Positions 50,680 through 62,800 of a stretch of DNA of 64,000 nt are shown here, in pieces; the first letter of the stretch is position 1; each line of letters begins with the position of its first letter. A program made the translations under genes and the position numbers. The notes under the pieces were generated by a model. The model was not told the DNA's origin and searched no databases. It was given only the letters and a program-made list of their open reading frames with translations. This DNA is from Vitrella brassicaformis CCMP3155. Taxonomy: Eukaryota > Protista > Chromerida. The DNA is taken from NCBI GenBank assembly GCA_001179505.1, contig CDMY01000282.1, forward strand, positions 1 to 64,000, given 5' to 3'.

Positions 50680-50979
50680 NNNNNNNNNNNNNNNNNNNNN
50701 NNNNNNNNNNNNNNNNNNNNNNNNNNNNNNNNNNNNNNNNNNNNNNNNNNNNNNNNNNNNNNNNNNNNNNNNNNNNNNNNNNNNNNNNNNNNNNNNNNNN
50801 NNNNNNNNNNNNNNNNNNNNNNNNNNNNNNNNNNNNNNNNNNNNNNNNNNNNNNNNNNNNNNNNNNNNNNNNNNNNNNNNNNNNNNNNNNNNNNNNNNNN
50901 NNNNNNNNNNNNNNNNNNNNNNNNNNNNNNNNNNNNNNNNNNNNNNNNNNNNNNNNNNNNNNNNNNNNNNNNNNNNNNN
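50640..50979. other. Poly-C tract (about 40 nt) plus assembly gap (300 N, 50680-50979)
   Basis: Directly visible. Confidence 1.
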
Positions 50980-51163
50980 GGCAACACACACACACAGACA
51001 CCCCTCTATCAGCTTGCCTACGGTTGGCCGTCCCCTGTCACCCACCCAACCCCACCCCACCCAGAGAGAGAAGGACTTCACGCAGGCAGGCAGGCAGGAA
51101 GGCAGGGTGTCAGATAGGATTTCTACGGTCATTCAGTTCCAGTCTGTCTGTCAGCAGGTGGTT

Positions 51164-52305
51164 CTAAGCCGCCTCCTCTCTGAACGCCACCTCCACCAAC
51201 TCCTGCAGCGTCAACTTCATCTCGCGGTCCGCACAATGGCTGGCAGCGAATCCAAAGCGCATCTTAAACACATCAACACGCTCCCGGGGGGTTGCTGCGG
51301 TGGTCCTCTCGAGGGCCGTCGTGATGAAGAGGCGGATGATCTGGCTGATGCGGTGCCAGAGAGGGGCGAGCAGGTAGGGAGGAATGGCGTTGCACATGTA
51401 GCCGGCGATTTCCATCTTGATCTCCTTCATAATCCCGTCGTTGGTGGCTGCACGGGTGGACCAAAGTGGCCGTAGCGCGCGTTCGAGGGAGCGGAAGATC
51501 AGCCGGAACAAGTCGTGTTGAAGGTAGGCAAGATACGCGTCAACGACGCGTTGGTTGGCATCCATGCCAACCTCCCCAGCCGGCTGCCTCTCGGCACCCC
51601 TGCCGACCACAAATCGGCACCGTGCCGCAGCAGTCCCCGCAGCAGACCGTTGGCGTTGGGACGGGAAGCGGCGAGCTGCAGGGGCGTGGCTCCCGCCGTG
51701 TCAGTCGTGTTGAGGGTATAGGTGAAGCCCCTCCTCACCAGCAGGTCGATGAGTTTCTCCTGTGCTGCCTCGCTCCTCAGGGGGTGCCGGCAGAACTCAT
51801 GGATGGGCAGCCGACGATTGGCGTCACGCTGGCGGAGCTGCCCGGGCTCCAGCTCGACCAGGCGGCTCACCATTGCCAGCTTGACGATGGGCTGCATGAA
51901 GGGGTTGTGCCGCGCCACATCGAACAGCAGCTTCAGCTGCGCCAGCCCCGACGAAGGGTCGCCGACGTCGCTGTCCATGATGTAGTTGAGCATAATGTGG
52001 GCGACGTCGTATCTGCCGCAGACAATGGCGACTCTCGAGGGATAGGGGTCGCCCCTCAGCGCCTCTTCAGACCCCAACCTCGCTAGGAATGTGTGGATGA
52101 TGGCCGGGGCGTCCGCCAGCGAGGACTGCGCGACCAAGCTGATCAGCCTCATAGGGCGACCGCGAAAGAACAAGCGCTGCGAAGGGTCGGCATCCGTGAG
52201 CGTCCCGAACATGAACTCTTCCCAGAGCTTCAGCGTGTTCAGGTTTGCATCCCGCGAAAAGCTGACTCGGCCGCGCTGCGGTCGCTGCCGATCTGTAACC
52301 CTCTG
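51164..52305 (-). pseudogene. Ankyrin-repeat protein locus with apparent frameshift near 51550-51595
   Basis: Ankyrin-like RDANRRLPIHEFC and TTDTAGATPLQLAASRPNANGLLRGLLRHGAD lie in one frame (ORF 51499-52212). The protein-like C-terminus QRVVDAYLAYLQHDLFRL...EEAA* lies in another (ORF 51164-51610). I found no plausible intron that joins them. Confidence 0.55.
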
Positions 52306-52419
52306 CTGTACTCAGTGAGATATATAGAAAAATCACAGGATGAAGACGCCGCTTCTCGAGGGTCAGATCTTGACCAAGAGAAAACGCAATCAGGCGGAGA
52401 GGCATTGTCTCGACTGTTG

Positions 52420-52540
52420 ATCGATGCGCCGCTCAGCTGTTGGAGTATCGGTCGCCCTCCCTCACCAGCAGGTCGACGAGCCCCTCCTGTGCGGCCTCGC
52501 TGCTGGGAGGATGTCAGCTGTTCTGTTCTATGCAGCCGCC
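52420..52540 (-). repeat. Degenerate duplicate of the ankyrin segment at about 51720-51790
   Basis: ctcaccagcaggtcgacgagcccctcctgtgcggcctcgct versus ctcaccagcaggtcgatgagtttctcctgtgctgcctcgct. Translates SEAAQEGLVDLLVREG versus SEAAQEKLIDLLVRRG, followed by a stop. Confidence 0.75.
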
Positions 52541-52589
52541 CTGCGCCGTCGCCATCTCAGCCAGCCTCCTCTTCAGCCTGCCACACACA

Positions 52590-52624
<35 letters not shown>

Positions 52625-53593
52625 GATGAGCGAGAGAGAGTGTGGGTGTGGGTGTCGTCTTGTCCATGTCTGTGTGGCCCATGAAAATGTACCTGGTTGA
52701 CGTCCAGGAGCTCGTGGTGCCGCTGGTCGTCTCTCCGGCCTAGAGAGAACGACTTACGTACGACCCAAATCACAATACACATGTACGACGATAGAGTGAT
52801 ACATACGCAAACATAGGGCCCCCGTGTGTGTGGTGATGGCGCGTGGTATAAGGGGCTCGATTTGCGCTTGCTGACCACCAGCACGCTGCGCTGGCTGCGG
52901 TATCCGTCTCCGCAGCCAGCTGGCGGCACCACACCACACCACACAGATGGATGTCCGCCATTCCTCGCTTGGCAATCCATTTCTTTTTCCATTTGCTTAC
53001 CAGCACCAACCTTCTCCATCAAAATGCACGGCCCCCTCTCAAACTCAGCCGTCGCCCCTCCCTCGGTAAGTCCCACTAACGCTCTCGGTCGCAGCTCTGG
53101 CACGTCAGCCGCATCTGCTTTGTTCCCGTGGCGATCCGGCAGCGCCGTCAGCTGCACCTGGGCGTCCTGCAGATCCGCCCTCTCCTCAGCCCATTGCTGC
53201 AGCTCTCGCAGCCTCTCTGCCTCAAGGACCGGCGAGGCCCTCAACGAGCAGCGCCGCCCTGCCGTATCCCCGCCCTTCTTTCACGGCTCCCTCGCCAGAT
53301 TCTTGCGCACCACCGGCACGGGCACGTAGCCCGGTAAAGTGCCAGGGCACACTCAGCATATTCCAACCAGCGGCACCTCGAAAGAGAAAAAGAAACGCAG
53401 CTGCTAGCGCTGGTGGGAGAGGGATGCGATGGGAAGAAGGTCGAAGCGCGAAATGGCGGAACGGGGAGAAAAGAGCCGTCCTGTCTCGGCGAGAATCGCG
53501 AATTCTCGACGTGTAAACTCATGGTTCCAGCCCATGCCCTCCCTCTGTGTTGCTGGAGTTTGAAAGAGAAAATACCGTCAGCAGCGTTTCGAG

Positions 53594-55248
53594 ATGGATG
53601 AGGGCGTTTCGGGCGGCCTGGGAGGGAGCAGCGTGGTGGGAAGCCGAGCAGCCTCTCCCACGAGCAGGAGCGGCACCAGATCTCCATTCTGTGAGGCCGT
53701 GAGAGACCTCGAAAACTCTTTCCTCGCTGGTACTTACCGACAGATGGATGGATGGATGGATGGATGGATGGATGGATGGATGGACACCTGTGTGTGGTGA
53801 ATGGCCACTTGCCTTAATTGCAGAGCGCAAGAAGAACGACGCGGCCTTGCATGAGATCAAGCGGCTGCAGGATGTGCTGCGCCTCTCAGAGAGCGCCAGC
53901 AAGGTCAACACGGACGTGCTCCGAGAGCGCAACGTAGCCCTCAAGAAGAGGGTAAGGGAGATGGCCGGCTGGAGCTCTCACCCGTCCTTCTTCTCGAGAG
54001 GTCTGCTGTCTGTGTGTGTGTGTGCAGTGCCACGAGGCAGAGTCACTGGCCCGTACATCGCAGGAGCATCTGCAGCGCATCAAGTAAGTAAGCAGGAACC
54101 GCCAGCCTCTAAGCATTTGTGCGCAGCGAGTGTGATGTGTCGGTCCATCCCATGCCATGAATGCGTGAAGGCGAGAGCGCGATGCGGCCGTGTCTGCAGC
54201 CGAGGCGGCCGCACGGCAGGCTGATAGCATGAGGGACGAAATCGCACGGTAGGAGGGCGGGGAGGAAGATGTACGCATCAGAGGGGAGAGGGCAAGTGAT
54301 GTGCATGTCAACGACGCAGGCTCGAAGAGGCCAACGCGAAATTGGCAGAAGAGGTATGTGCGTGGTTCGGAGAAGAAGGGGAGCCATGGAGGGGAGGGAG
54401 GATCCGCAGCCTGGCCTCTGCTGAGCCGAATGTGTGGATGTGATGTGTTCAGGCGTCTGGGCGTGAGGCTGCCTATCAGGCTGTCGTGGCGCAGATAGAG
54501 GACCTCATCGCACAGAGGGCCGCACTACAAGCACAACTCGACGACAAAGACCGGCAGCTCAACCAAGCCAAGGTATACAGGCAGGTTAACCTGCAGGCAC
54601 GGGACGTTGGTGAGTGTGTGTGTGTGTGTCCAGAGTGCGTGTGATTTGCTGAGCGTGCACGCGGCCGAGCGCACGATAGACCGTCTGCAAGGGGAGCTGA
54701 GGGATGCACACGCACAAGCGGAGTATCTGCAGTGTGTCCTCCGTGCGTTTCTCAAGGGTACGTATGTCATTCGCGGTGACATACATTCATCCACATGCAT
54801 GTGGGCCGCTGATTGCTTGCGTGGTTTCCCTTCACTCACTCAGGGACCATGCGAAAAGCCGACATCCAGCGAGTTCTGGTGAGCCGCCTGCATGTCCACA
54901 TGACGCTTGTTCGTTCTGCAATGAATGAATCCCACGGTGTGTCAGGATCGGTCCGGCACTGCGTCGGCGGCATCTGCATCAGCCACCCCCACAATGAGGG
55001 GCGCCCTCACACCCAACACCTCCTGCGCCAACCTGGCCCACCTAGCAGCATCGAGCGCATCAAGCCTGCCGAGACCGAAGCGGCCGCCGCTACCCCGCCC
55101 CCCCGCTGCTGCTGCTGCTGCTGCTGGGGGTGGCGAGGGAGGGGGATCCATATGGCCGATTAGTGTGCAAGGGATAGCTGAGAGGGCGAGCAAGCTGATG
55201 AGACAGCATTCGAGTATAGTCGGTGGGACCTCATCTGAGGGCAATTGA
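53594..55248 (+). CDS. Hypothetical coiled-coil protein (multi-exon)
   Basis: Exons ERKKNDAALHEIKRLQDVLRLSES, IEDLIAQRAALQAQLDDKDRQLNQAK and AAERTIDRLQGELRDAHAQAEYLQ show heptad character and GT-AG boundaries. Confidence 0.6.
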
Positions 55249-55858
55249 TTGAGGGTGGATGGCTTGGCGGATGCGATGCAGGAGTGCGGCGCCAGTCAGT
55301 GGATGGACTGATATGGGTTTTGAGCGTCACATCGATTGTCGCCATTGTCGACTGCTTAAAACACTTCATGAAGCAAGCTACCTACATGACAATGTCATGT
55401 GTGTGCATGGAAAGTGGGTCGCATCAGTCACAGCTGGCACACCACACCCGGCAGGCAGGCAGGCAGGCTAGTCAAGCAGCCGCCCTCTCCCTCTCTCTCT
55501 CACGCACTCACACACGTTCTGTCGCATCGGCTTCAGCTGGGTTCCTTGCGGCTGTGTGCACATGTACATGTGACGCCCTCCCTGTTCCAATCGTCGGTGG
55601 ATGAAGGCACACTACACGAGGCAGTGTACTGTCATATACACCGCCTCGTGTCGGCCACCTCAATGCACCCGACAATCAGAACAGGGCACACAAGCTGGCT
55701 GGGAGCGACACATTGGCCAAAAGCGGGACGTCACACGCACATACACACACGCTCTCCATTTACCGTCCCCTCTCTCCCCAGCCCCAGACAAACGCACGGC
55801 ATTCATTCTCTGACACTACGGACGGACGCAGCCCTGTCTTTCCTTGTCTGTCTACCCA

Positions 55859-57399
55859 TCAAGCTTCGGCAGCCATGGGTTCCGCCCCATTAACCGCCTC
55901 GCCAGCGGCGGCCGTGGCGGCAGCACTCCCCTCCACCTCCCCCGCCTCTTGCTGCGCCTGCCCAGCCTCCCCCTCGCCCCCGCCCTGCTGTCCACCCTCG
56001 ACCTCTTGCTGCTGCTGCTGCTGCTGCTGCCCAGACCACTCAGCTTCGCCACCGTTGTGGTTGGCCGCCGGCTGCTGTTGCTGCTGCTGCTGCTGCTGGG
56101 GGCTGGCATTGTTGCCGCCATTGCCGGTGTTGTTATTGTTGACGGCCTGGGCAGCGTGTGTGGGAGAGGCCTGCTGGGCGGCGCTGGCGATGGTGGCCTG
56201 TGGCTTCATGATGGCGAGGGCGATGAAGTCCCCGATCTGGAACTTGACGCTCTGCAGGGAAATGTTGTCGTCGTTGCCGCGGCGGGTCGAGTGCACGCTG
56301 CCCATCTTGACCATCGTGTTCTTGCCCTGCCGATCTGGCCAGCAATCGATGAATGACAACACACACACAACACCAGACCAAGGAAAGAACGATGGATGAC
56401 CACAGTGTGTGGCCATCATATATATGCCCACCCACCGACCCACCTGGGTACACGAGTTGGAACTCGAGTCGTGCGTCGCGGGCCCTGGCCTCGTCAGCCA
56501 CGTCTTTGATGAGGTCCGTCAGCTCCCGCAGAGTGGCGTCCTGCCAGGTGTACACCTGCAGCTCGGTGTTGTGCAGGGCCTCCTTGCCGCGGTGAGCGAA
56601 GTCCAGGATGTCGTGGCGGCTGTTGATCTTGTAAAACACGCGCAGCAGGAACGGGCACGTCTTCTCGCGGTCCACCAGCTGCCGGGGTGGCCCTCGGTGA
56701 AGCGGACCACCACCACCCACACCGCCCGTCCGGGCAGGGCCGGAGGCGCGACTGAAGGGAAACAAACCATTCGACGTGCGAAGTGTCAAGTGTGTTGTAC
56801 GTGTGAAATGATTTCTGCATCATATATCAGCAGCCTGCCATTCGACAGGTCTACCTGTAGGGAGCAGGGCGGTTGTCGCGCCGGGGGTCGCCAATGCGCG
56901 GCCCGCCTCCCCCACCTGGGGGAGGGCGGCTGAACCTGTCACGCTCTCTGTCACCACGCACATCTCTGTCTCTGGTGTCACGATCACGATCACGGTCACG
57001 ATCTCGGTCCCTGTCTCGGTCGCGATCTCTGTCCCTTGGCCCATCGCCGTTCCTCATCCTGCTGTCACGCTCGCGGTCCTGCCGACAGAGACAGCAGACA
57101 GACACAGAGACAGACAGACAGACAGACAGAGAGGCGTCACTCCTTCCTTGGTGCGCGTGTCCGCATCTGTGGGTGCATTGTGTGTGGTGTGCTTCGCTTG
57201 GTGCGTGCGCACCAGGTCCATGAACACCTCACGACCTCCGGCACGGCGAGGTCCATCACGGTCCTGCAACACACAAACAAACTCGCTCATCCAGATGCCA
57301 AAGCCACAGGTGCTGGATGGTCCCTGTGCGCCAGTCAGTGACCTTGTCGATGTCCATGCGAAGATCTCGCTCTCGGTCCCTGTCACGGCGGGAGTCCAT
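55859..57399 (-). CDS. SAP18: SAP18 (Sin3-associated / ASAP complex subunit) with RD-rich N-terminal and Q/N-rich C-terminal extensions
   Basis: VDREKTCPFLLRVFY, ELQVYTWQDATLRELTDLIK, LEFQLVYPD, DDNISLQSVKFQIGDFIALAI are SAP18 signatures. Upstream exons MDSRRDRDRER... and RDRDRDRD. Confidence 0.93.
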
Positions 57400-57613
57400 C
57401 GCGCTTCTGAGCAGCGACAACAAGGGCAGTCGGCGCCAATGAAAGAGAAGCCTTCCCTTCCCTTCCCGCTTAGAGGGTCTTCCCTGCGAGATGCGAGCCT
57501 GAGCTGAGCTCGCAATACGAGGCAAACGACTTCGAATGCCGGAGACTCACTTACGCTGTCATCAAGGGGATGTACCATTCAGAAGGTGTGAGGCTCTGAA
57601 TTATCCATTGAGG

Positions 57614-58258
57614 ATGTTGCGCGGGGACATGCTGATTCGCTTCGGCTGCTATCTGGGGCTGTGTGCTGAGGCCTTCATACCAACACGAGTGCCGATCCAT
57701 CGCCTGTCCAGCCTGGGCGCCTCGTCCAGCGCTGACCCATCCAGCAAGACATCCCGGAGATCTGTGCTGAATCGGGTGCTGCTGCTCTCCCCATTCATCG
57801 GTGCTTCCCTGCCCAGGTCGCCGTCCGCCATTGCAGAGGAGCCGCCGAAGCTGGACGTGCGGACTGTGGCCGAGACCGTTAGGCGCGACTTCCTCCAAGG
57901 CCAATACTACGTGACCGGCGACCTCACGCCATCCATCTATGCCAAAGACTGCATCTTCATCGACCCTACGGTGACGGTACAAGGGGTGGACACGTACGTG
58001 AGGGCTGTGAGGAACCTTTTCGATCCCGCAACGTCACAAGCTGACTTGTTGGGGCTGGAGGTGCTGGATGACTCGCATATCCGCGTGGAGTGGCGGCTGG
58101 GTGGGTCGCTGAAGCTGCCGTGGAAGCCGGTGGTGAAGCCTTATACGGGCAGGACGCTGTACACGCTGAATGACAGGGGGTTGATAGTAAGGCACGAGGA
58201 GGAATGGGACATATCGGCTGCTCAGGCGTTTCTCTCGACCTTCATACCGGCGTTCTAA
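57614..58258 (+). CDS. DUF2358 / SnoaL-NTF2-like protein with plastid (probably thylakoid-lumen) presequence; intronless
   Basis: QYYVTGDLTPSIYAKDCIFIDPT, VEWRLGGSLKLPWKP, YTGRTLYTLNDRGLIVRHEEEWDIS are typical of this algal/plant family. The N-terminus has a signal peptide, a Ser-rich transit region, SRRSVL and SAIA. Confidence 0.8.
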   Translation: MLRGDMLIRFGCYLGLCAEAFIPTRVPIHRLSSLGASSSADPSSKTSRRSVLNRVLLLSPFIGASLPRSPSAIAEEPPKLDVRTVAETVRRDFLQGQYYVTGDLTPSIYAKDCIFIDPTVTVQGVDTYVRAVRNLFDPATSQADLLGLEVLDDSHIRVEWRLGGSLKLPWKPVVKPYTGRTLYTLNDRGLIVRHEEEWDISAAQAFLSTFIPAF

Positions 58259-58462
58259 CTATATATGGCTGTAGGTAGGCTGCTGCTCTGACTGAGTGTT
58301 TTTTCTTGTTAACACATTGTTAGGGAGGAGTGCATGTAAGCACGGACCAAGACGGGAAGACAGACTTGGCAGTGGGTGCATTCATGGTGGCCATGTAACA
58401 AATACAAGATAATGCACGGCATGAAGGTCGAGTCCATGTGTGTGAAGTCCGTGTATCCATCA

Positions 58463-58678
58463 TCACTTCTTGGGTGCGGACAGTAGGCTTTCGAGTTGGT
58501 CCTTGAGTTGCTTGTTGGTCTTTTTGAGGAACTCCACCTCCTCACCGTGCTTGGACTCCTCCTGCCACGCACACATCAATCAAACCCAGCGATTCACACC
58601 AACACACACATGACTGACAGAGACACCAGCAACTGATGCCACCTCGCCTCTCTACCTCTGCCACTCTCTCTGCTTTTT

Positions 58679-58730
<52 letters not shown>

Positions 58731-59475
58731 TTTCCACCTGACCTCTTGTCGTTTCTCTTCATATGACTGTTCCACCTGGACGATCTTCTGCTGGAGCCTC
58801 TCGACCTCCTCCTGCAGGTCCTTGTTCGTCTGCATCAACCCCTTGATACGGTCGTCGTGCACCGTGCGTCGCTGCTCCGCTTGCAGCGCCTGCAGAGAGA
58901 CAGACAGACAGACACACACAAACAGAGAGGGAGGAGGGAGACACCATCCGCCCGCCCCCAAGGGAAAAGGAAAAGCCTCCGCGTCCATTTCTCTGCCTGA
59001 CGCTGACCTTGCGCATGCCGAAGGCGATGGACGACTCATACAGCGACTGGTAGGCCGCAATGGTCATGCGAATCTCATCCCGCACCCGCAGCAGCAAGAG
59101 GCCCCTCTCCGCACAGATGATGGTCACCTGGCGGATGAGCTCGTCGAAGCACTGGGCATAGAGCTCCTCCCGGATGGGGCAGATGCCCGTCTCCCGCGCC
59201 TGCCGCTGCTGCAGCCGCTTGTCCAGCTCCTCCTGCAAATTGATGACGTCCGAGCGTGTGGCGGGAGTGCTCGAGACGTACTGCACCCACAGCTGGTCGT
59301 CCTCGGTCCATTCGCGGGGCGGGAGGATGGAGTTGAGGATGTCCTCCGTCTGGGAGGTGTTCGGCGGCTTCTCCACGGGCTTGGCGGTGGCGCCCTTCTT
59401 GCCTTTGCCCTTCTTGTCTTTGGAGGACGTGCTCACCAGGATGGGCGTGTTGTACTTGATCAGAGACGACTGCAT
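58463..59475 (-). CDS. DNALI1: Axonemal inner-arm dynein light chain p28
   Basis: SLIKYNTPILVS, TEDILNSILPPREW, WVQYVSSTPATRSDVINLQEELDKRLQQRQARETGICPIREELYAQCFDELIRQVTI, YQSLYESSIAFGMRKALQAEQ, EEVEFLKKTNKQLKDQLESLLSAPKK*. Confidence 0.97.
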
Positions 59476-59838
59476 GTTGACTGACTGATGGGCGGATGGC
59501 TGGAGGAGGACTGTTTCCTTGCGAGCTCGCCCCCATCCCCCGGGACATGTGAGCGACCACTTCACATACACATGCATGTGTTTGCACTGAGATCTAAAAG
59601 GCGGAAGGTTTGCTTGCAATGACTGGCCGATCCGATGAGCTGCTGACACACGCTGTACACTAATGACGTCCTTCCTCGCCAAGAAAAGTATGGTGCCTGC
59701 CCGCTTGTCTGCCTGTCCGCTGACATTCGGCGACTGACTGTTTGGTGTTATGTACACTCACGCTTCCTTCCCCTTCAGCTAGCTAGCCACTCAGACAAAC
59801 ACCGGGCATGCATCTCACTCAGTCATCCCAACCAACAT

Positions 59839-62800
59839 TCAGTCGGCTAGCTTGGTGTACTGGGGAGGCCGCACTATCCGCCGCACCACCTGATGGATGG
59901 ATGGATGGATGGAGGCAGACAGACAGACAGACAGGCAGGCAGGCGTGGGCCCGTGGTCTACTTATGTATTATGTGTGTGTGCTGACCTGCCAGACGTGTG
60001 GGGGGCCCCATGATGCAGCCACAATCACCGCACACTTCCACAGGAAGGTCGACGTCATGATGAACTGACACAAGCAGGCACAAGACACACAGGACACACA
60101 CACACACACATCCATTTATAGGAGTGAGTGGTGTCAGAGAGGACAAAAAGATCTGTGAGATGTGCTTACGAAGATGTCGAAGTATGTGCGCAGGATGAAC
60201 ATGGAGAAGATGTACACAATCACCGTCAGGATCTCGGCCGTTATCATCAGCGGATGCCTGGTTTTAACGAACACACACGCACACACACACACACACACAG
60301 AGCAAGACGCTCCCTCGGCTGGTTGTTTGCCGTGCCCCTTTATCAATCACCATTGGCTGACCATGTGTGCACTTCGGAGGCGACATTGAGCAGCTCTGAG
60401 AGGATGAGTGCAGTGAATGTGATGGCCACGATGTTCATGAACTCCTCCTCGAACAGCAAGATGGCCAATATCATTATCACCGCACCCTAACGAACACACA
60501 AATATATACCCACACACGCACACACACCAACAGTGCCGCTCTGTCTGTGGGCGTCAGTCACACTGGACGGACTGACTGACCTGGTAGATAGACTTCCAGA
60601 CCCATCCGAAGAAGGTCTTGATGGACATGACCCGCCCGTTGCGCAGCGTCTGGTACAGCTCGGGGTACATGAAGATGACGCTCTCGGGCAGCTCGACGTC
60701 CAGCACCAACGCAAACACTGGAGCCATCGTGTAGAACGTCGAATAACCCACAGACAGCATCCCCTGATTGGCAGGCAAACGACACGAAGCGGGCGGGAGT
60801 GAGTGTTTCCCGTCGCTTCTGTCTGCACAGGTGCGAGCTGAGTGTGCGAGGGTGAGGTGAGTGGTCGGTCCCCCACCTGGAAGATGGGCAGTGCGATGAA
60901 GAAAAAAATCGCCGAAAACAACACCTAAATGTGTGATGGTGGCACACACACCAAGAGCACAGCACGGCAGCATTGATTGTGTGGTCGTTCGTGTCGAGCT
61001 GTGCATCTGTGTGTTAGTGCATGGTTGTGTTGTACCTGTATGATGGCGATGATGAGCCCCCTGTGGATGACGAACTGGGCGAGTTTGGCCGACCGCTGGT
61101 AGCTGTTGCGCCCGTGCCACAGCAGCAGCCGACGCAGATAGCAGAACTGGGTGATGGAAAAATCAGCCGCCAACGACGCCTGCTTGCCCTCCTTCCCTAC
61201 TATACCCACCTAAGTAAGATGCATGCCACACACAACACACAACACACACACACAGGTATTGCCTTCCTCGTTTGGTTGGTGCAGGCTTTGGTGGCTCACT
61301 CCACTCCACTCACCCCCACGTCAGCAGCCTGGATCATGGACACGTCATTGCCGCCATCCCCAATGGCACACGTCCGCTTGCCCGTGTATTTCTTGATGAG
61401 CCGCACCACGTCAGCCTTCTGCGTGGGCGAGCAGCGGCAGCACACCACAGCGGGCGCCAGGCATGCCGTCTCGATGAATGCCGCCTCGTGGTGGTGCAGC
61501 AGCATCGCCAGCACCTTGCCGTCCACTATCAGGACCGTCTCCGTGGGCCCCGTGGCGAACCGCTCGAGCGCCTGGATGGCCTGCTGCGGCGTGGCCAGCT
61601 CGCTGCTCGACAAAGTCATCAGCGAATGGAGGCGGCTCTTCAGACCTGACAGACACCACACCACATCAGTGTGAGGTCATAAGAGGTGAGGAGTGTGTTG
61701 GGGTCACATACATACCGGCAGAAATGGCGATGCACGTGGCGGTCTCGACTTTGTCTCCTGTGAGCATCCAAACCCTCACCCCGGCGTGTCGCAGCGACTC
61801 GAGTGTCTGCTGCACATCCTGCTGCAGCTTGTCCTCCACACCAGTAAGCGCCAGGAGGTCCAGGTTGATCTCCAGCGAGTCCACCACCTGACGCACACGC
61901 GCCGCGCGATCCGTCATGGCCGACCGGGCCTCCGCAAACCTTATCAACGGACGATCCACATAGCCACACACCCACACACAGACACACATGAATTAAGGTA
62001 TATGGTTTGTGCACAGCTGTTTGTGTACCTCTTGTTGAAATCATCGAATTCAGGGGAGGATATTTCCCTGTATGCGAGCACGAGTGTCCTCAGCCCCGTC
62101 CTGGCGAAGTTGTCGCACTCCTCTGACAGCCAGCTGGTGCCGCGGTGGGACAGACGGGGAATCATCACCGACTCAGCACCCTAGACACACACACAGAGAG
62201 AGAGAGTACCTCTCAGGCCGTTTGGGAGAACTCTCTCTCCGTGTATGTTATGTGTGTCTCAGACCTACCTTGATAAAGAAGAGTATGCGTTGGTCTGGCG
62301 AGTCCCGCGCCCTCACGACAATGCCCATGCGCTTCGACTCAGATGTGAAGGGGAAACACGCCAGGATCTCGTAGCAGTGGCACACACCATGCGGATCCTG
62401 CACACACACAGAGAAAGAAACCCAGAGAATGAATTCGTTGCCCTCTCTCTCTTGCCATTCTTGACTGACAACTGACTGACAGGAGTGCGTGCGTAGCGTA
62501 CCCTCAAAGTGATGGAGTGCTGATCTCTCTCCACCAGCTTGACCCCCACAAGCGAAGCGAATTTGACCAGAGCAACCTCGTCCGGGCTGGCGGCCTGGAA
62601 GGTGACTTCCCCCGTCTCCTCGTCCGTCACGGGGGTGACGTTGTGGCAGAGCGCCAGGCCGGTGATGGCGTGCCGCAGTACCTGACGCACCTCCACGTGC
62701 CGCTTGCCCGAACCGAATCCCGAGAGAGAGAGGCCGCCCACTGCTGATGATGCTGACGCTGACGCTGATGAGTGGGCAAGGGAGGTGTTGGAGGGCGAGG

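Noticed and set aside
52573-53370. Possible minus-strand coding region upstream of the ankyrin locus (EAERLRELQQWAEERADLQDAQ)
   Set aside because: Protein-like but interrupted by stops, and I could not build a consistent exon chain, so it is not reported as a feature.
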